The notes under the pieces: model-generated | What the model saw: only the letters and a program-made list of their open reading frames with translations | Databases searched by the model: none | What the model was told of the DNA's origin: nothing | In this document: piece by piece, positions 41,411 to 51,552 of the stretch | Layout: each line of letters opens with the position of its first letter | Position numbering within the stretch: position 1 is the stretch's first letter | Origin: an uncultured Candidatus Binatia bacterium | Lineage (GTDB): Bacteria > Desulfobacterota > Binatia > Bin18 | Length of the DNA: 64,000 nt | Assembly (NCBI GenBank): GCA_965200965.1 | Contig: OZ241744.1 | Span: 1,824,001 to 1,888,000, forward strand | Direction: 5' to 3' | Position numbers and translations under genes: made by a program

Positions 41411-41645
41411 CATGGGCCGGGCGGCTTTTTTTGGCTTGCTCCCGCGCTGCTCCTCAGTGCGCTGGGTATGTGCAGCGCACCTCCCCGACCGCGCGCCGGT
41501 GCCTTGGGCATGAACGATTTTCTGCTGGCCTTCAACGCCTACCACACCGCCCGGACCTGTCTCGAACAAGGCTGTCACCGAGAAGTGAACGCGTCGCCTT
41601 CCGGTCGATCTGATGACACGTTCCCTCCTTCCGAGGCGAAACCCC

Positions 41646-42860
41646 TCAGATCACTTCCCGCTCTCTGAGCTGACCGACCTGTTCCCAGGAATAGCTCAAG
41701 AGATCAATCAGAATCTGCTCCGTGTGCTCCCCAAACTCGGGTGCCGGTGCCTTGGGATCGGCCGGCGTTTGGCTCAGGATGAGCGGCGAGCCTACAATTT
41801 TGCTCGGCCCCCAGGACGGATGATCATAATCAACCACATAGTCGTTGTCGATCATCTGCTGATCGTCGGGCAGATCGTTGATGCTGTTGACGATGGTATA
41901 GATGAAGTCACCGCCGTTTTTCAGGATGGTCATCCACTCATCGCGGGGTTTCGTGGCCCAGATCTCGTCCAGAATGCCGATCAACTCCTTGGCGTGTTTG
42001 CCCCTCACCCGCATGGTCTCAAAACGGGGGTCTTTCTCAAGATGGGCAATACCCAGCGCCTTGCAGAAATCCGACCAGTACCGGTCGGCCTGCGGCATGG
42101 CCAGACAGAGCCACTTGTCATCCCGACACTTGTAATGATTCCAGAGCGGGTTGACCGCCTCGGTCCGATAGAAGCGCTTGAACTCTTTGCCCAGGGTCAG
42201 CCGACAGGCCAGATTCAAGCCCTGGAGGGCCATCATGCTGCCGAGGTGGGAGGTGTTCACCTCCTGGCCGACGCCCAGGCGTTCGCGCGCCAGCAGTGCC
42301 ACTACAATCCCGTGGGCGAGCATGATCGCGCCCATCTGGTCGGCGAGCCCGCCGGTGATATTCATCGGGTCCATGTCCGGCTCCCCGACCGCATTCATGA
42401 TCCCGGACCGGGCCAAGCCCATGTAGTCAAACGACGGCTCGCCGGAGTCCGGTCCATTGGGGCCGTAGCCGGTCGCGCTGGCGTAAATCAGCCGGGGATT
42501 GTGGCGGGACAGAGTCGAGTAATCAACGCCGAGCTTGGCGGCCACCCCTTTGCGGAAATTCTGGACAAACACATCGGATTGTTTGACCAGCTGATAGACG
42601 ATCTCGCGGGCCTCGGGTTTTTTGAGGTTAAGGGTCAGGCTCTTTTTCTGCCGGTTGTTGGCCTCAAAGTAGTAGTTGCGTTTTGTGCCGCCGGTCTTGC
42701 TGCCGGCAATCTGCATCACCCCACGCCCCGGGTCACCCCCGACCCGCTCTTCAATCTTAATCACCTCGGCCCCCAGGTCGCCGAGCATCATGGTTGCCAC
42801 CGGTCCCTGCTGAAAAATCGTCCAGTCCAGCACCCGGATACCATCCAGCGGTCTCGCCAT
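41646..42860 (-). CDS. Family III CoA transferase (CaiB/BaiF)
   Basis: 'PLDGIRVLD', 'LGAEVIKIE', 'NRQKKSLTLNLK' and 'APEFGEHT'. Confidence 0.93.
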   Translation of the reverse strand: MARPLDGIRVLDWTIFQQGPVATMMLGDLGAEVIKIEERVGGDPGRGVMQIAGSKTGGTKRNYYFEANNRQKKSLTLNLKKPEAREIVYQLVKQSDVFVQNFRKGVAAKLGVDYSTLSRHNPRLIYASATGYGPNGPDSGEPSFDYMGLARSGIMNAVGEPDMDPMNITGGLADQMGAIMLAHGIVVALLARERLGVGQEVNTSHLGSMMALQGLNLACRLTLGKEFKRFYRTEAVNPLWNHYKCRDDKWLCLAMPQADRYWSDFCKALGIAHLEKDPRFETMRVRGKHAKELIGILDEIWATKPRDEWMTILKNGGDFIYTIVNSINDLPDDQQMIDNDYVVDYDHPSWGPSKIVGSPLILSQTPADPKAPAPEFGEHTEQILIDLLSYSWEQVGQLREREVI

Positions 42861-43059
42861 TGTCGTACCCTCCTTTGTCAGACTACCGCCTGACCCTAGC
42901 ACAGGGCAGCGGGCGGAAGAAAGCGCTCGGATTCAGGCTAGCCGACGCATCAGATTTGAAGCAATCGTGCCGTCCGTTACGGCACCAGCCAGTATGCGGG
43001 GATTGGGCGCGCGGACGGCGACGAGATATTTGGGGCACGCTTGAAGCAAGGGGTGGTCT

Positions 43060-44442
43060 CTAGTGGTGAGGACGTGAGGGAAAAGGAAGTTCAGTATTGA
43101 ATGCGGAAGTCGCCCCCTTCGTTGTCGGAGTACGGGAGTCAGCAATAACAGCCTCGCTTCCTTTATAGATGTCGGTCAGATGATTGATAATTCTTTGCAA
43201 CCCGAAAGGCGGAATACTTTCCCCGATAATTTCCCGAATCGTTTTGTCGCTGACCCGTTTCTTATCCAGACGTTCCCACTGATAGGAATAGTGGTCAAGG
43301 GAGTGGATACGGAAGGCTTCATACAGAGACAGCACGCGATTTTGTTCAGGATGGAGTTTGTTGTCGCTGCACGCGTACGATAGATTACGCGTCAACGCAC
43401 TGGCGGGTTTATCATAGGGCATGCGCTTGTATGCGGAAGTATAGCCACGCATGAGCTCTCGCACTCCATTTCTTTCAACGCTCGGCCGGGGCAGCATTTC
43501 GCCGCATCGTCGGCAGTAGAGGGGCGTCGCACGCGAAGGTCTGTTAACACCGCTCGGGTCTCGCCGGGAGATATGCGTTGGGTTCTCGTCGAATTTGCAG
43601 GATACGCATTGATTATCGAACGCGCTCCGACCCGCGGGTATGTTTTCTATCCACCAATATTTCATGGCATCGAGTATGGGAACTCGATGGAATGGGATCT
43701 CAGATGTTGAGGAATCATTATTCTTGGCGTCAAGAGGAGGGAGATCGCCGATCGCATCTCGCACAGTCACCCACCGCCTCGTGCCCGGTTGCGCTTCAGG
43801 GGTATGGGTCGGACGGGGAAGAAAGGTTCGGCATTTCGCATACCATTCGACGAGGCGGGGATGGCGAGAAAAAACCGTAATAAGCCGTCGCCGGCACTGT
43901 GGAACTCCATAATTGGCAAATTCAACCACTTCGGCACCGCCTACATAGTCCGGGCCTATTTCCCTCCGGATAAAGTCCACTATCCTGACGGGTGTTTTGT
44001 GTTTATCCAGGATTACGGTGTTTTCCATCTCTGGAACATTTTCGAGAAGAATGATGTCCGGACGCAACCGAGAGGCCAATTCCATAGCAGGAACGACTAA
44101 GCGGTTACGCGCATCAAGCCCCGATTTTCCCCCCGCCCGAATAGCAGAGAGCAGCTTCCCACGACCGTTTTTCGACATACCTTGGCACGGAGGGGTAGCA
44201 TAAAGCAGTGTGAGGTCCTGTTTGTTCAATTGTTCACGGGTGGCGGTTTCTATTGCATCAATCTTCTTCCAGATGTCCCCTGTAATGGGGTGTGTGGCAG
44301 AGAAATTAAAAGAAAAAACAGCGTGCCTGTCTTCAAGAAGCTCGTTCGAGACCAGAATGTCGAAGCCCGCCTGACGCACGGCTAAGTCACCTATTCCACC
44401 GGAAGTGAACAGGCTCAGCGCTGTCAAAAGAGAATATGGCAT
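43060..44442 (-). CDS. DNA (cytosine-5)-methyltransferase
   Basis: 'LSLFTSGG', 'TPPCQGMS', 'LENVPEM', 'GVPQCRRR' and 'IGESIPP'; CxxC...CxxC insert. Confidence 0.92.
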   Translation of the reverse strand: MPYSLLTALSLFTSGGIGDLAVRQAGFDILVSNELLEDRHAVFSFNFSATHPITGDIWKKIDAIETATREQLNKQDLTLLYATPPCQGMSKNGRGKLLSAIRAGGKSGLDARNRLVVPAMELASRLRPDIILLENVPEMENTVILDKHKTPVRIVDFIRREIGPDYVGGAEVVEFANYGVPQCRRRLITVFSRHPRLVEWYAKCRTFLPRPTHTPEAQPGTRRWVTVRDAIGDLPPLDAKNNDSSTSEIPFHRVPILDAMKYWWIENIPAGRSAFDNQCVSCKFDENPTHISRRDPSGVNRPSRATPLYCRRCGEMLPRPSVERNGVRELMRGYTSAYKRMPYDKPASALTRNLSYACSDNKLHPEQNRVLSLYEAFRIHSLDHYSYQWERLDKKRVSDKTIREIIGESIPPFGLQRIINHLTDIYKGSEAVIADSRTPTTKGATSAFNTELPFPSRPHH

Positions 44443-44445
44443 AAT

Positions 44446-44478
44446 GATGTCTTTAGTCTACATTTAACGATTTGTCAA
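44446..44478 (-). promoter_or_regulatory. Methyltransferase promoter with C-box-like operator
   Basis: Minus strand: TTGACA (44478-44473), then ATGTAGACTAAAGACATC over the expected -10 region, 3 nt before the ATG. Confidence 0.6.
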
Positions 44479-44481
44479 TAC

Positions 44482-45483
44482 CTAGGATTTTGGCGATGAG
44501 ATGCTCCGATCATTATTGCGTTTGTTCAGAAATTCCCGATATCCTCCCCGAGACAATACACATAACCATCCGGTATACATTTTCTTGATCCCTCTCTTGC
44601 TCATAATTGACACGCTTGTGGTGCGTCCGCCCCCTGGTTTGGGGGCTACGATCCTTCCCCAATCTTCTTCTTTCAATTGATCGCAATAGAACATGGCCGC
44701 AATACGGGGACGTTTGTCGATAAAATCCCAGAGAATCCCAAGGAGGTTATTGGTTTCTCGATGATGGGCTTTCCAATCATAGCCAGTCATGCACCGAATC
44801 CGTGTGTCACCAACATCAGGACGGAGGAGACCCTTCCGACGGCATTGCTGGGGACTTGGAACTGACCCGCAGGTCGCTTTCACTTCAATACCTCCCCCAC
44901 TGAAGGGACTGAAGGGGCCTTTATCGTTTCTTTGTCCCTCCAGGCGGTCCCATTCAGCTTGTCCGACGCTGTCCATGAGAAGCAGATCGGGGTACCCGTC
45001 TTGATGAGGGTTTCGTTGAAAACAACCGTCTCTTTTTCCGGCAATGGCGCTGATAGTCAGCTCTCCGATAAAGGCGCTAAGATTACGGAGCCCAAGAATG
45101 GCGGCAATGTCCACATCATTTTCATAGACATTATCAATCATGTCATGCGTTCTGTTAACCGCCGAGGTGAGAAAGGTTGTCGGAATATACTGCCGTTCTC
45201 CTAAGCGAGAGATTGGGATATCAGCTTGATTTTGGACAAGGTAACTTTCAGGAAAGCGGGGACCACGAAGATTGCGCGGTTCTTGAAGGAGTTGTTGCGC
45301 CTCGATATCAAGACAGGAGGCCAACCTCTCCAAGGTGGTCAGCGTTGGGCTCTTGAGGCCGCGTTCCAGTTGACTGATGTATGTCCGGTCCAGTTCGGCA
45401 AGTTCGGCGAGTTCCTCCTGACTTATGCCGGCCCGTTGTCGGGTGTGTCTGAGCGCGATGGAAAAAGTGCAGGTCAGTGTCAT
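44482..45483 (-). CDS. XRE/controller-type HTH fused to a putative PD-(D/E)xK restriction endonuclease
   Basis: 'GISQEELAELAELDRTYISQLERGLKSPTL' HTH; 'YPDLLL...IEVKAT' nuclease motif; upstream of the C5 MTase. Confidence 0.78.
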   Translation of the reverse strand: MTLTCTFSIALRHTRQRAGISQEELAELAELDRTYISQLERGLKSPTLTTLERLASCLDIEAQQLLQEPRNLRGPRFPESYLVQNQADIPISRLGERQYIPTTFLTSAVNRTHDMIDNVYENDVDIAAILGLRNLSAFIGELTISAIAGKRDGCFQRNPHQDGYPDLLLMDSVGQAEWDRLEGQRNDKGPFSPFSGGGIEVKATCGSVPSPQQCRRKGLLRPDVGDTRIRCMTGYDWKAHHRETNNLLGILWDFIDKRPRIAAMFYCDQLKEEDWGRIVAPKPGGGRTTSVSIMSKRGIKKMYTGWLCVLSRGGYREFLNKRNNDRSISSPKS

Positions 45484-45487
45484 GGAC

Positions 45488-45536
45488 CGTAGACTAGGGT
45501 CCACAAATAACGCCATCTACGGACAATAGTCCACAT
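45488..45536 (-). promoter_or_regulatory. Two C-box-like inverted repeats upstream of the HTH-endonuclease gene
   Basis: Minus strand ATGTGGACTATTGTCCGTA and TGTGGACCCTAGTCTACG, similar to the box upstream of the MTase. Confidence 0.6.
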
Positions 45537-45586
45537 CGAGGAAGGTTCTCGTTATCCCTTTTGACAGCCCGGACCACAGCCGTTAG

Positions 45587-46462
45587 ATGAAGGACATGAC
45601 ACACGCGCCTACAACAGCTGAGCACCCCCCGATCCCGCCCGTCCCGCTCACCCTTGACGGGTCGGCCATCCTGCACCAGATGTTCCACATCCGCTGGGCT
45701 GCCTGGAAAGCCCTGCCGGCCGCCGAGCGGCGGGGGATGGCCGAAGACGCCGCCGGCGTGTTGACCGAGATGGAGCGCTCGGACACCAGCGCCGTGTTCT
45801 CGCAGCTTGGTCACAAAGGCGATCTGATGCTGGTGCATTTCCGGCCCGGCTTTGACGAGCTGAGCGCGGTCGAGTTGCGCCTCGCCCAGCTCCGGCTGCT
45901 GGAGTTTCTTGAGCCGAGCGCTTCGTATGTGTCAACGGTTGAGTTGGGCTTGTACGAGGCTTCGGTGCGGCTGTATACAGCGCTGCGCGAGCAAGGGCTT
46001 CAGCCGGATACGCCGGAGTGGGACGATGCTGTACAGGCCGAGCTCGAACGCCAACGGCAGGCCCTGGCCGCTCGTCTGGCACCCGCTATCCCGGCCCGTC
46101 GCTATCTGTGCTTTTACCCGATGGATAAAAAACGGGCTGAGGTCCACAACTGGTACCAGGTACCGATTGCCGAGCGACAACACATGATGCGTGACCACGG
46201 CCGGGTTGGCCGACGCTACGCCGGTCGGGTCAATCAGATCATTTCCGGCTCGGTCGGCTTTGACGACTGGGAGTGGGGCGTGGACCTGTTTGCCGATGAC
46301 CCGCTGGTCTTCAAGCGGCTGGTGTATGAAATGCGCTTTGATGAGGCCAGCGCGGTCTACGGTCTGTTCGGGACCTTTTATCTGGGCCGGCGTATTGCGG
46401 CCGCCGACATCGGCGGCCTGCTCAGCGGCCGGCTCCCGGCCTTCCGCCCGGACACGCCCTGA
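45587..46462 (+). CDS. hemQ: Coproheme decarboxylase / chlorite dismutase-family heme protein
   Basis: 'LGHKGDLM', 'SYVSTVEL', 'CFYPMDKKR', 'GFDDWEWGVDLF' and 'YEMRFDEASA'. Confidence 0.85.
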   Translation: MKDMTHAPTTAEHPPIPPVPLTLDGSAILHQMFHIRWAAWKALPAAERRGMAEDAAGVLTEMERSDTSAVFSQLGHKGDLMLVHFRPGFDELSAVELRLAQLRLLEFLEPSASYVSTVELGLYEASVRLYTALREQGLQPDTPEWDDAVQAELERQRQALAARLAPAIPARRYLCFYPMDKKRAEVHNWYQVPIAERQHMMRDHGRVGRRYAGRVNQIISGSVGFDDWEWGVDLFADDPLVFKRLVYEMRFDEASAVYGLFGTFYLGRRIAAADIGGLLSGRLPAFRPDTP

Positions 46463-46500
46463 TCTTTTCTTTTTGCGCTCCCTCGTTACACTAGTCGGTC

Positions 46501-47631
46501 ATGGCAAGGACAAGGGATGTCGTCGTTATCGGCGGAGGAGTCATCGGCGTCTCGGTGGCCTATCACCTGGCGGGCCACAACATCCGCGTCTGCCTAGTGG
46601 ACAAGCAACAGCCCGGACAAGAAGCGTCGGCAGCTGCAGCCGGGATACTGGCCGCGACCAGCGGCGGGTCCAAAACCGGGCCGATGTATCAACTCAAAAG
46701 CGCCAGCCAAGCCCTCTATCCGGCCATTATTCGTGAGTTGGAAGAACGGACCGGGATCGATATTGAGTACCAGACCCCCGGTCTGCTCGAGATTCTGCTG
46801 ACTGAAGCGGACGAGCAGCGCTACCGACGCATGTACGAACTCCGCCGTGAACAGGGCCACGCCGTGAGCTGGCTGTCGGCCCAAGCAGTACGCCGCCGCG
46901 AGCCGGGCCTCACGCCGGCCCTGCGGGCGGCCGTCCATTTTGCCGCCGACCACCACCTGCACAACGGCAAGCTGGCCCAAGCCTGGACCCAAGCCGCCCG
47001 GCAACGCGGCGTCAGCCTCCAGACTGGGACAACGGTCAACGAGGTGCGCATCCGCAACGGACGGGTCGGTGAGATTCGGGTCGGGAACGACTGGCTGAGT
47101 GCCGATACCGTTGTGCTCGCAGCCGGAGCGTGGTCCGGCCATGTCGGCGATCTGTTTGGTCTGAGGATTCCGGTCCGGCCAGCCAAGGGGCAGATGCTGG
47201 CCCTACGCACAGACCAACTCCGCCATGTCATTTCGAGCGGCGACCGCTACTTGGTGCCGCGCAAGAACGGAGAGCTCATTCTTGGCTCTACGGTTGAATT
47301 CAACGGCTACGGCAAAGACGTGACGGTCGAAGCAATGCGGAACTTGGCTGAGTGGGCCGTCCGTATGGTGCCGGGCATCGGCCAAGCCCCGCTCAGCCGC
47401 TTCTGGGCCGGCCTCCGCCCCTACTCTCCGACCCGGCGGCCGATATTGGGCCGGGTACCCGGCCTAGACAATGTTGTCCTGGCCACCGGCCACCATCGCA
47501 ACGGTATTCTCCTGGCCCCGATTAGCGGTCAACTCATCAGCGAACTGATTACGACAGGCAGGACCAGCCTGTCGCTTGAGCCGTTCGGCCTGTCGCCCGA
47601 GCCTCAAGCATCGTTGGAAGAGCTCGGCTGA
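46501..47631 (+). CDS. thiO: Glycine oxidase
   Basis: 'IGGGVIG', 'ASAAAAGIL', 'PAKGQM', 'WAGLRP' and 'GHHRNGILLAP'. Confidence 0.85.
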   Translation: MARTRDVVVIGGGVIGVSVAYHLAGHNIRVCLVDKQQPGQEASAAAAGILAATSGGSKTGPMYQLKSASQALYPAIIRELEERTGIDIEYQTPGLLEILLTEADEQRYRRMYELRREQGHAVSWLSAQAVRRREPGLTPALRAAVHFAADHHLHNGKLAQAWTQAARQRGVSLQTGTTVNEVRIRNGRVGEIRVGNDWLSADTVVLAAGAWSGHVGDLFGLRIPVRPAKGQMLALRTDQLRHVISSGDRYLVPRKNGELILGSTVEFNGYGKDVTVEAMRNLAEWAVRMVPGIGQAPLSRFWAGLRPYSPTRRPILGRVPGLDNVVLATGHHRNGILLAPISGQLISELITTGRTSLSLEPFGLSPEPQASLEELG

Positions 47632-47735
47632 GAGGCAAAAGGCGGGCAGAGATTGCGGCTCGCTCAGGGGTATGCCATAATTCGGATGCCAAAACCGAAT
47701 ATGGCATCTTTGCATACTTCTAAGGAGGGAAATGT

Positions 47736-47939
47736 ATGGCAGATGTGACGATTCGTGTGCTGAAAAACGGCCCCTATGAGGTGCGTGGCGGCCCAAAACT
47801 CACCGACCAGAGGCGAAGTGAGTACACCGGCCAGGAAGACCCGCTATATCTGTGTCGCTGCGGCCAGTCCGCCACTAAACCGTTCTGTGACGGCACGCAC
47901 CAGACATGCGGATTTGTGGCCGAAGAGACCGCAGGCTAA
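47736..47939 (+). CDS. CDGSH iron-sulfur domain protein
   Basis: 'NGPY' and 'LCRCGQSATKPFCDGTH'. Confidence 0.92.
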   Translation: MADVTIRVLKNGPYEVRGGPKLTDQRRSEYTGQEDPLYLCRCGQSATKPFCDGTHQTCGFVAEETAG

Positions 47940-47945
47940 GCCCTG

Positions 47946-48560
47946 TCAGTCGTGCAGACCAACCGGCCCGGAGCCCTTCTCCGGGCCGGTTTCGTTTTGA
48001 GGCCCGATGTGTGGCTGGCTCAGGATGTGTACGGCCCGGACCCCCGCCCCGTAGCGATACACCAACTCCCCTCCCCAGTGGCTCTGAACAACAAGCCCGC
48101 CGAGTCCAAGCCCGCTCAGCATCACAAAAAACAGCGGGAGACGCCCGTCAATCTGAGCCCGAATCACCGCCAGAACAAGAAAAAACCCGAACAGACCATA
48201 GCCAAGGTACTCGTGATAGATGAGCAGATGTTCAATCTGGGCATCAAAAACGCTGTCCGGCTGGGGGAGTTGCTGTTCGATCCATCCGCTCAGCACGGCT
48301 AGGCCCATAGCCCCGACCCCGGCAAAGAAACTCGGGCGGCCGAGCCCTTGCCAGCCGGGCCGGCGGCCCAGACTGCCGGCGCAGTCCAGTACACAGCCAC
48401 AGACCGTCAGGGTCACTGCAAAATGGACAAAAACCGGATGCAGGGTCAGCACCAGCCCGGCCTCCAGCGGCGGTACCGGAGCCCCATCCTGGGCCAAAGC
48501 CCCCGCGCCCAGCCCCCACGCCAAGCCGGCCACCACCCCGCCCAGCACCCGTTTTGACAT
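47946..48560 (-). CDS. DUF2231-like membrane protein
   Basis: 'LHPVFVHF', 'HEYLG' and 'HWGGELVYRYGAGV'. Confidence 0.8.
   Translation of the reverse strand: MSKRVLGGVVAGLAWGLGAGALAQDGAPVPPLEAGLVLTLHPVFVHFAVTLTVCGCVLDCAGSLGRRPGWQGLGRPSFFAGVGAMGLAVLSGWIEQQLPQPDSVFDAQIEHLLIYHEYLGYGLFGFFLVLAVIRAQIDGRLPLFFVMLSGLGLGGLVVQSHWGGELVYRYGAGVRAVHILSQPHIGPQNETGPEKGSGPVGLHD
47961..47998 (+). terminator. Intrinsic terminator-like hairpin
   Basis: aaccggcccggag-ccctt-ctccgggccggtt followed by tcgtttt, between convergent genes. Confidence 0.6.
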
Positions 48561-48621
48561 GTCCCCCGCCTCCTTATGCTCCGCCCATCGCTATGCTACA
48601 ACAGCAGGACGGGAGACAACG

Positions 48622-49014
48622 GTGACGTATCAGGACGATGACGGGCACAGGCTTTACACCGGGGGGCGGGTCGTCGCTCAACTGGGCGAAATCAAACCCG
48701 GCTGCACCAAGAAGTTCATCCGCACGCTGAACGGACGGGAAACCGAGTGCTTCATCGTGAACTACAGGGGGGAGCTGTTTGCCTACGTCAATAGCTGTCG
48801 CCATGTCCCGATGACGATGGATTGGGTTGAAAACCAGTTCCTGAACGAAGACGGCCGCTACATCCTGTGCGCCACCCACGGCGCGGCCTATGAGCCGGAT
48901 ACCGGCGAGTGCATTTTTGGTCCGCCGTGCGGACAGTTCTTGACCAAAGTGCCGCTCACCATTGAGGGCGAGCAGGTCATTGCCGGCCAGCCGACCGAGG
49001 AGCCGGGCGACTAG
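48622..49014 (+). CDS. Rieske [2Fe-2S] ferredoxin-like protein
   Basis: 'NSCRH' and 'CATHGAAY...GECIFGPP'; GTG start inferred. Confidence 0.88.
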   Translation: MTYQDDDGHRLYTGGRVVAQLGEIKPGCTKKFIRTLNGRETECFIVNYRGELFAYVNSCRHVPMTMDWVENQFLNEDGRYILCATHGAAYEPDTGECIFGPPCGQFLTKVPLTIEGEQVIAGQPTEEPGD

Positions 49015-49041
49015 GCGGTTCAACCGCCGTCGCCCCTCTTC

Positions 49042-49302
49042 TCATTCTTCACTCAGGTGGGCGCGGGTAAGACGCTGTTTCAAATACTCCAGCGCGCCGA
49101 GGTCCTCAATAACATCTCCACCGGTATCGTAGAAAAAAATCTCGCCTTTTTTATTACGACCAACCGCGACGAGCCACTCCAGTTCACCGCGGTCTTCAAG
49201 CAGATAATTGATCGTCTGGAAGATGCCTTTGCCGGGCATCAGGGTGACTTTCGGTCGCTTCGGGCTTTCCTGGTTTGGGCTCTTCTGGGTCGTCGTTGAC
49301 AT
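49042..49302 (-). CDS. Hypothetical protein
   Basis: GGAGG RBS before ATG at 49302; protein-like composition. Confidence 0.6.
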   Translation of the reverse strand: MSTTTQKSPNQESPKRPKVTLMPGKGIFQTINYLLEDRGELEWLVAVGRNKKGEIFFYDTGGDVIEDLGALEYLKQRLTRAHLSEE

Positions 49303-49516
49303 GACACGCCTCCAACTACGCAGCCTGGCCGCTGCGTCCTCTGCCACAACTCATCGCCGGAGTCAGGCAGCATAGGGAGTGGGTATCTTCAAGTCAAGAC
49401 AGCCAGGGCGACCGTCTCCACCTGACAGGTCTGGGGAAAAAGGTCAATCGGCTGGAGGGCGACAAGCCGGCCGATACCGGCCGGGCCGTAGGACAAGCAG
49501 TCAATGGTCAGGCGGT

Positions 49517-49642
49517 GAGACTGAGCAGACATGGGAAGCGCTTCAAAACCGCGGACATGTCCGAAACCTGAACCGTCCCACCCCAAATAGAAAGGGCGAC
49601 ACACCGCGGGGCGGCAGGACATTGCGTTGTGTCTCAGTTCCC
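49517..49642. ncRNA. Candidate structured ncRNA (rod-shaped hairpin with central bubble, 6S-like?)
   Basis: Nested pairings actgag/ctcagt, ccgcgg/ccgcgg and tgtc/gaca in a ~430-bp intergenic gap; family not confirmed. Confidence 0.25.
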
Positions 49643-49738
49643 CCTCCCCCCGTGAGGGGGAGGGCCAGTAGATTTCCATGTGAGACACTGCCGGACCTTG
49701 GCGTTCCTTCCGCACAGGCTTTATGCTACACCGCGGGC

Positions 49739-50161
49739 ATGGCCCAGCCCGAAAGTCTTCGTGTACGCCGCGCAAAACGGACCGATATCCCTGCCCTGCG
49801 GACACTCGCCAGCCCACGCGCGTCCGGGCCAATCAGCCGGGCCGAAACCCGCCGCTGGCGACGCCTGGCCGGCGATCCGACGCTTGACTTCTACGTCGCC
49901 GAACAGACCGGTACCGTTCAGGGCATATTGCTGGTGTGCTATGTGCGAACGCTCGGCTCGCCCGGCTGGCAGGGACTCCTCGACATGCTCGTCGGTCCGG
50001 CCGCGGACCAGGACATCGCCCGGGCCCTGCTCGACTTTGCCAAGGCCCGCGCCCGCAAACGGGGCTGTCGGCAGTTGTGGGGACACAGAGCAGACCGCGA
50101 GCTGCTGCTCCACAACGGATTTGCCACGGCAGACGACCTGTTATCCTGTCGCCTGGGCTGA
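49739..50161 (+). CDS. GNAT-family acetyltransferase-like protein
   Basis: 'VRRAKRTDIPAL', 'FYVAE' and 'IARALLDFAKARARKRGC'. Confidence 0.7.
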   Translation: MAQPESLRVRRAKRTDIPALRTLASPRASGPISRAETRRWRRLAGDPTLDFYVAEQTGTVQGILLVCYVRTLGSPGWQGLLDMLVGPAADQDIARALLDFAKARARKRGCRQLWGHRADRELLLHNGFATADDLLSCRLG

Positions 50162-50237
50162 CCGGGTTTTGACACGCGCCTTTCTCACCCTTCCCTACTT
50201 GACCCCCTTCCCTGCCAAGCGCTATGAGGAGAGATGT

Positions 50238-50314
50238 CGGGGTGTGGCTCAGCCTGGTAGAGCACACGGTTCGGGACCGTGGGGCCGCTGGTTCAAATCC
50301 AGTCACCCCGACCA
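50238..50314 (+). tRNA. tRNA-Pro (anticodon CGG)
   Basis: Acceptor cggggtg/caccccg+acca; anticodon arm cacgg-ttCGGga-ccgtg; T-loop ggttcaaatcc; 77 nt. Confidence 0.97.
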
Positions 50315-50353
50315 CATTCTCTCTAGCCTTGATCTTCCTCTATCGGCTAATCC

Positions 50354-51004
50354 ATGCTGCAAGAGCTTGCCTGTTTCGCCTGTCTGCTGTCTGTGCTCGT
50401 CGCCTATGTGTGCGGCTCAATTCCCACCGGTGAACTCATCGGCCGCCGGCTCGGCATTGCGGTCCGCGCAAGCGGCAGCGGCAATATCGGCGCAACCAAT
50501 CTGGCCCGCACCGCGGGCAAGACAGCCGGCATCCTGACCCTGGTCGGAGATGCGGCCAAGGGCGTGATCCCGGTGCTGGCGGTCGGGCTGCTCGGCCTTG
50601 GCCAGACCGTTCAGGCGGCGACGGCGGTGGCGGTCGTTGTCGGCCACCTGTTCTCGATTTTCTTGGGGTTCTCAGGCGGAAAGGGAGTCGCCACCGGCCT
50701 TGGCGTCCTGCTCGGCTTGGCCCCCTTAGCGACCCTGGCGGTGCTAGCCGTGTTCATCCTCATCTTTGCCGCCAGCCGGATTGTTGCCGCGGCGTCCCTG
50801 GCCGCGGCAATAGCCGCGCCGGCCCTGCTGGCCGCTTTTGCCTATCCCAGGCCCTACCTGCTCGGCGTGTCGCTGATCGTCCTGCTCATCATCGCCCGCC
50901 ACCGCGACAACCTGAGGCGCTTGTGGCAGGGCCAGGAAGCTCCATTTCAGATCGGCCCCGGGGCGAAAGAAACAACGCGCAACAAGACCGGCTCTTGTGC
51001 CTAA
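50354..51004 (+). CDS. plsY: Glycerol-3-phosphate acyltransferase
   Basis: 'GSIPTG', 'GSGNIGATN', 'GGKGVAT' and 'RHRDNLRRL'. Confidence 0.95.
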   Translation: MLQELACFACLLSVLVAYVCGSIPTGELIGRRLGIAVRASGSGNIGATNLARTAGKTAGILTLVGDAAKGVIPVLAVGLLGLGQTVQAATAVAVVVGHLFSIFLGFSGGKGVATGLGVLLGLAPLATLAVLAVFILIFAASRIVAAASLAAAIAAPALLAAFAYPRPYLLGVSLIVLLIIARHRDNLRRLWQGQEAPFQIGPGAKETTRNKTGSCA

Positions 51005-51138
51005 AAAAAGAGCGGCTGCCTGAGAAATAGGCAACTCCCCACCCCGACATCCCCAAGAAACCGCCCGTTTGTCGGCTGGGGTGTCCGGTATTCTTTTTGC
51101 TTCTCCAAATGCTTTACAAGCCGGCGGTTTTACACTAG

Positions 51139-51513
<375 letters not shown>

Positions 51514-51552
51514 TCTGACCGGCCCCACAAGACACAGGAGGAGACCAAACAT

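Noticed and set aside
41411-41645. Short ORFs between the acylase and the CoA transferase
   Set aside because: No recognisable motif or RBS; possibly a remnant, but not supportable.
41613-42893. 426-aa plus-strand ORF
   Set aside because: Antisense to a clear CoA transferase.
33930-45590. Gene-end duplications flanking the type III and type II R-M islands
   Set aside because: Looked for by eye at both boundaries of each island and found none, so the duplication pattern does not cover every island.
50238-50314. tRNA-Pro as an island integration site
   Set aside because: Followed directly by plsY; I saw no duplicated tRNA 3' end or integrase.
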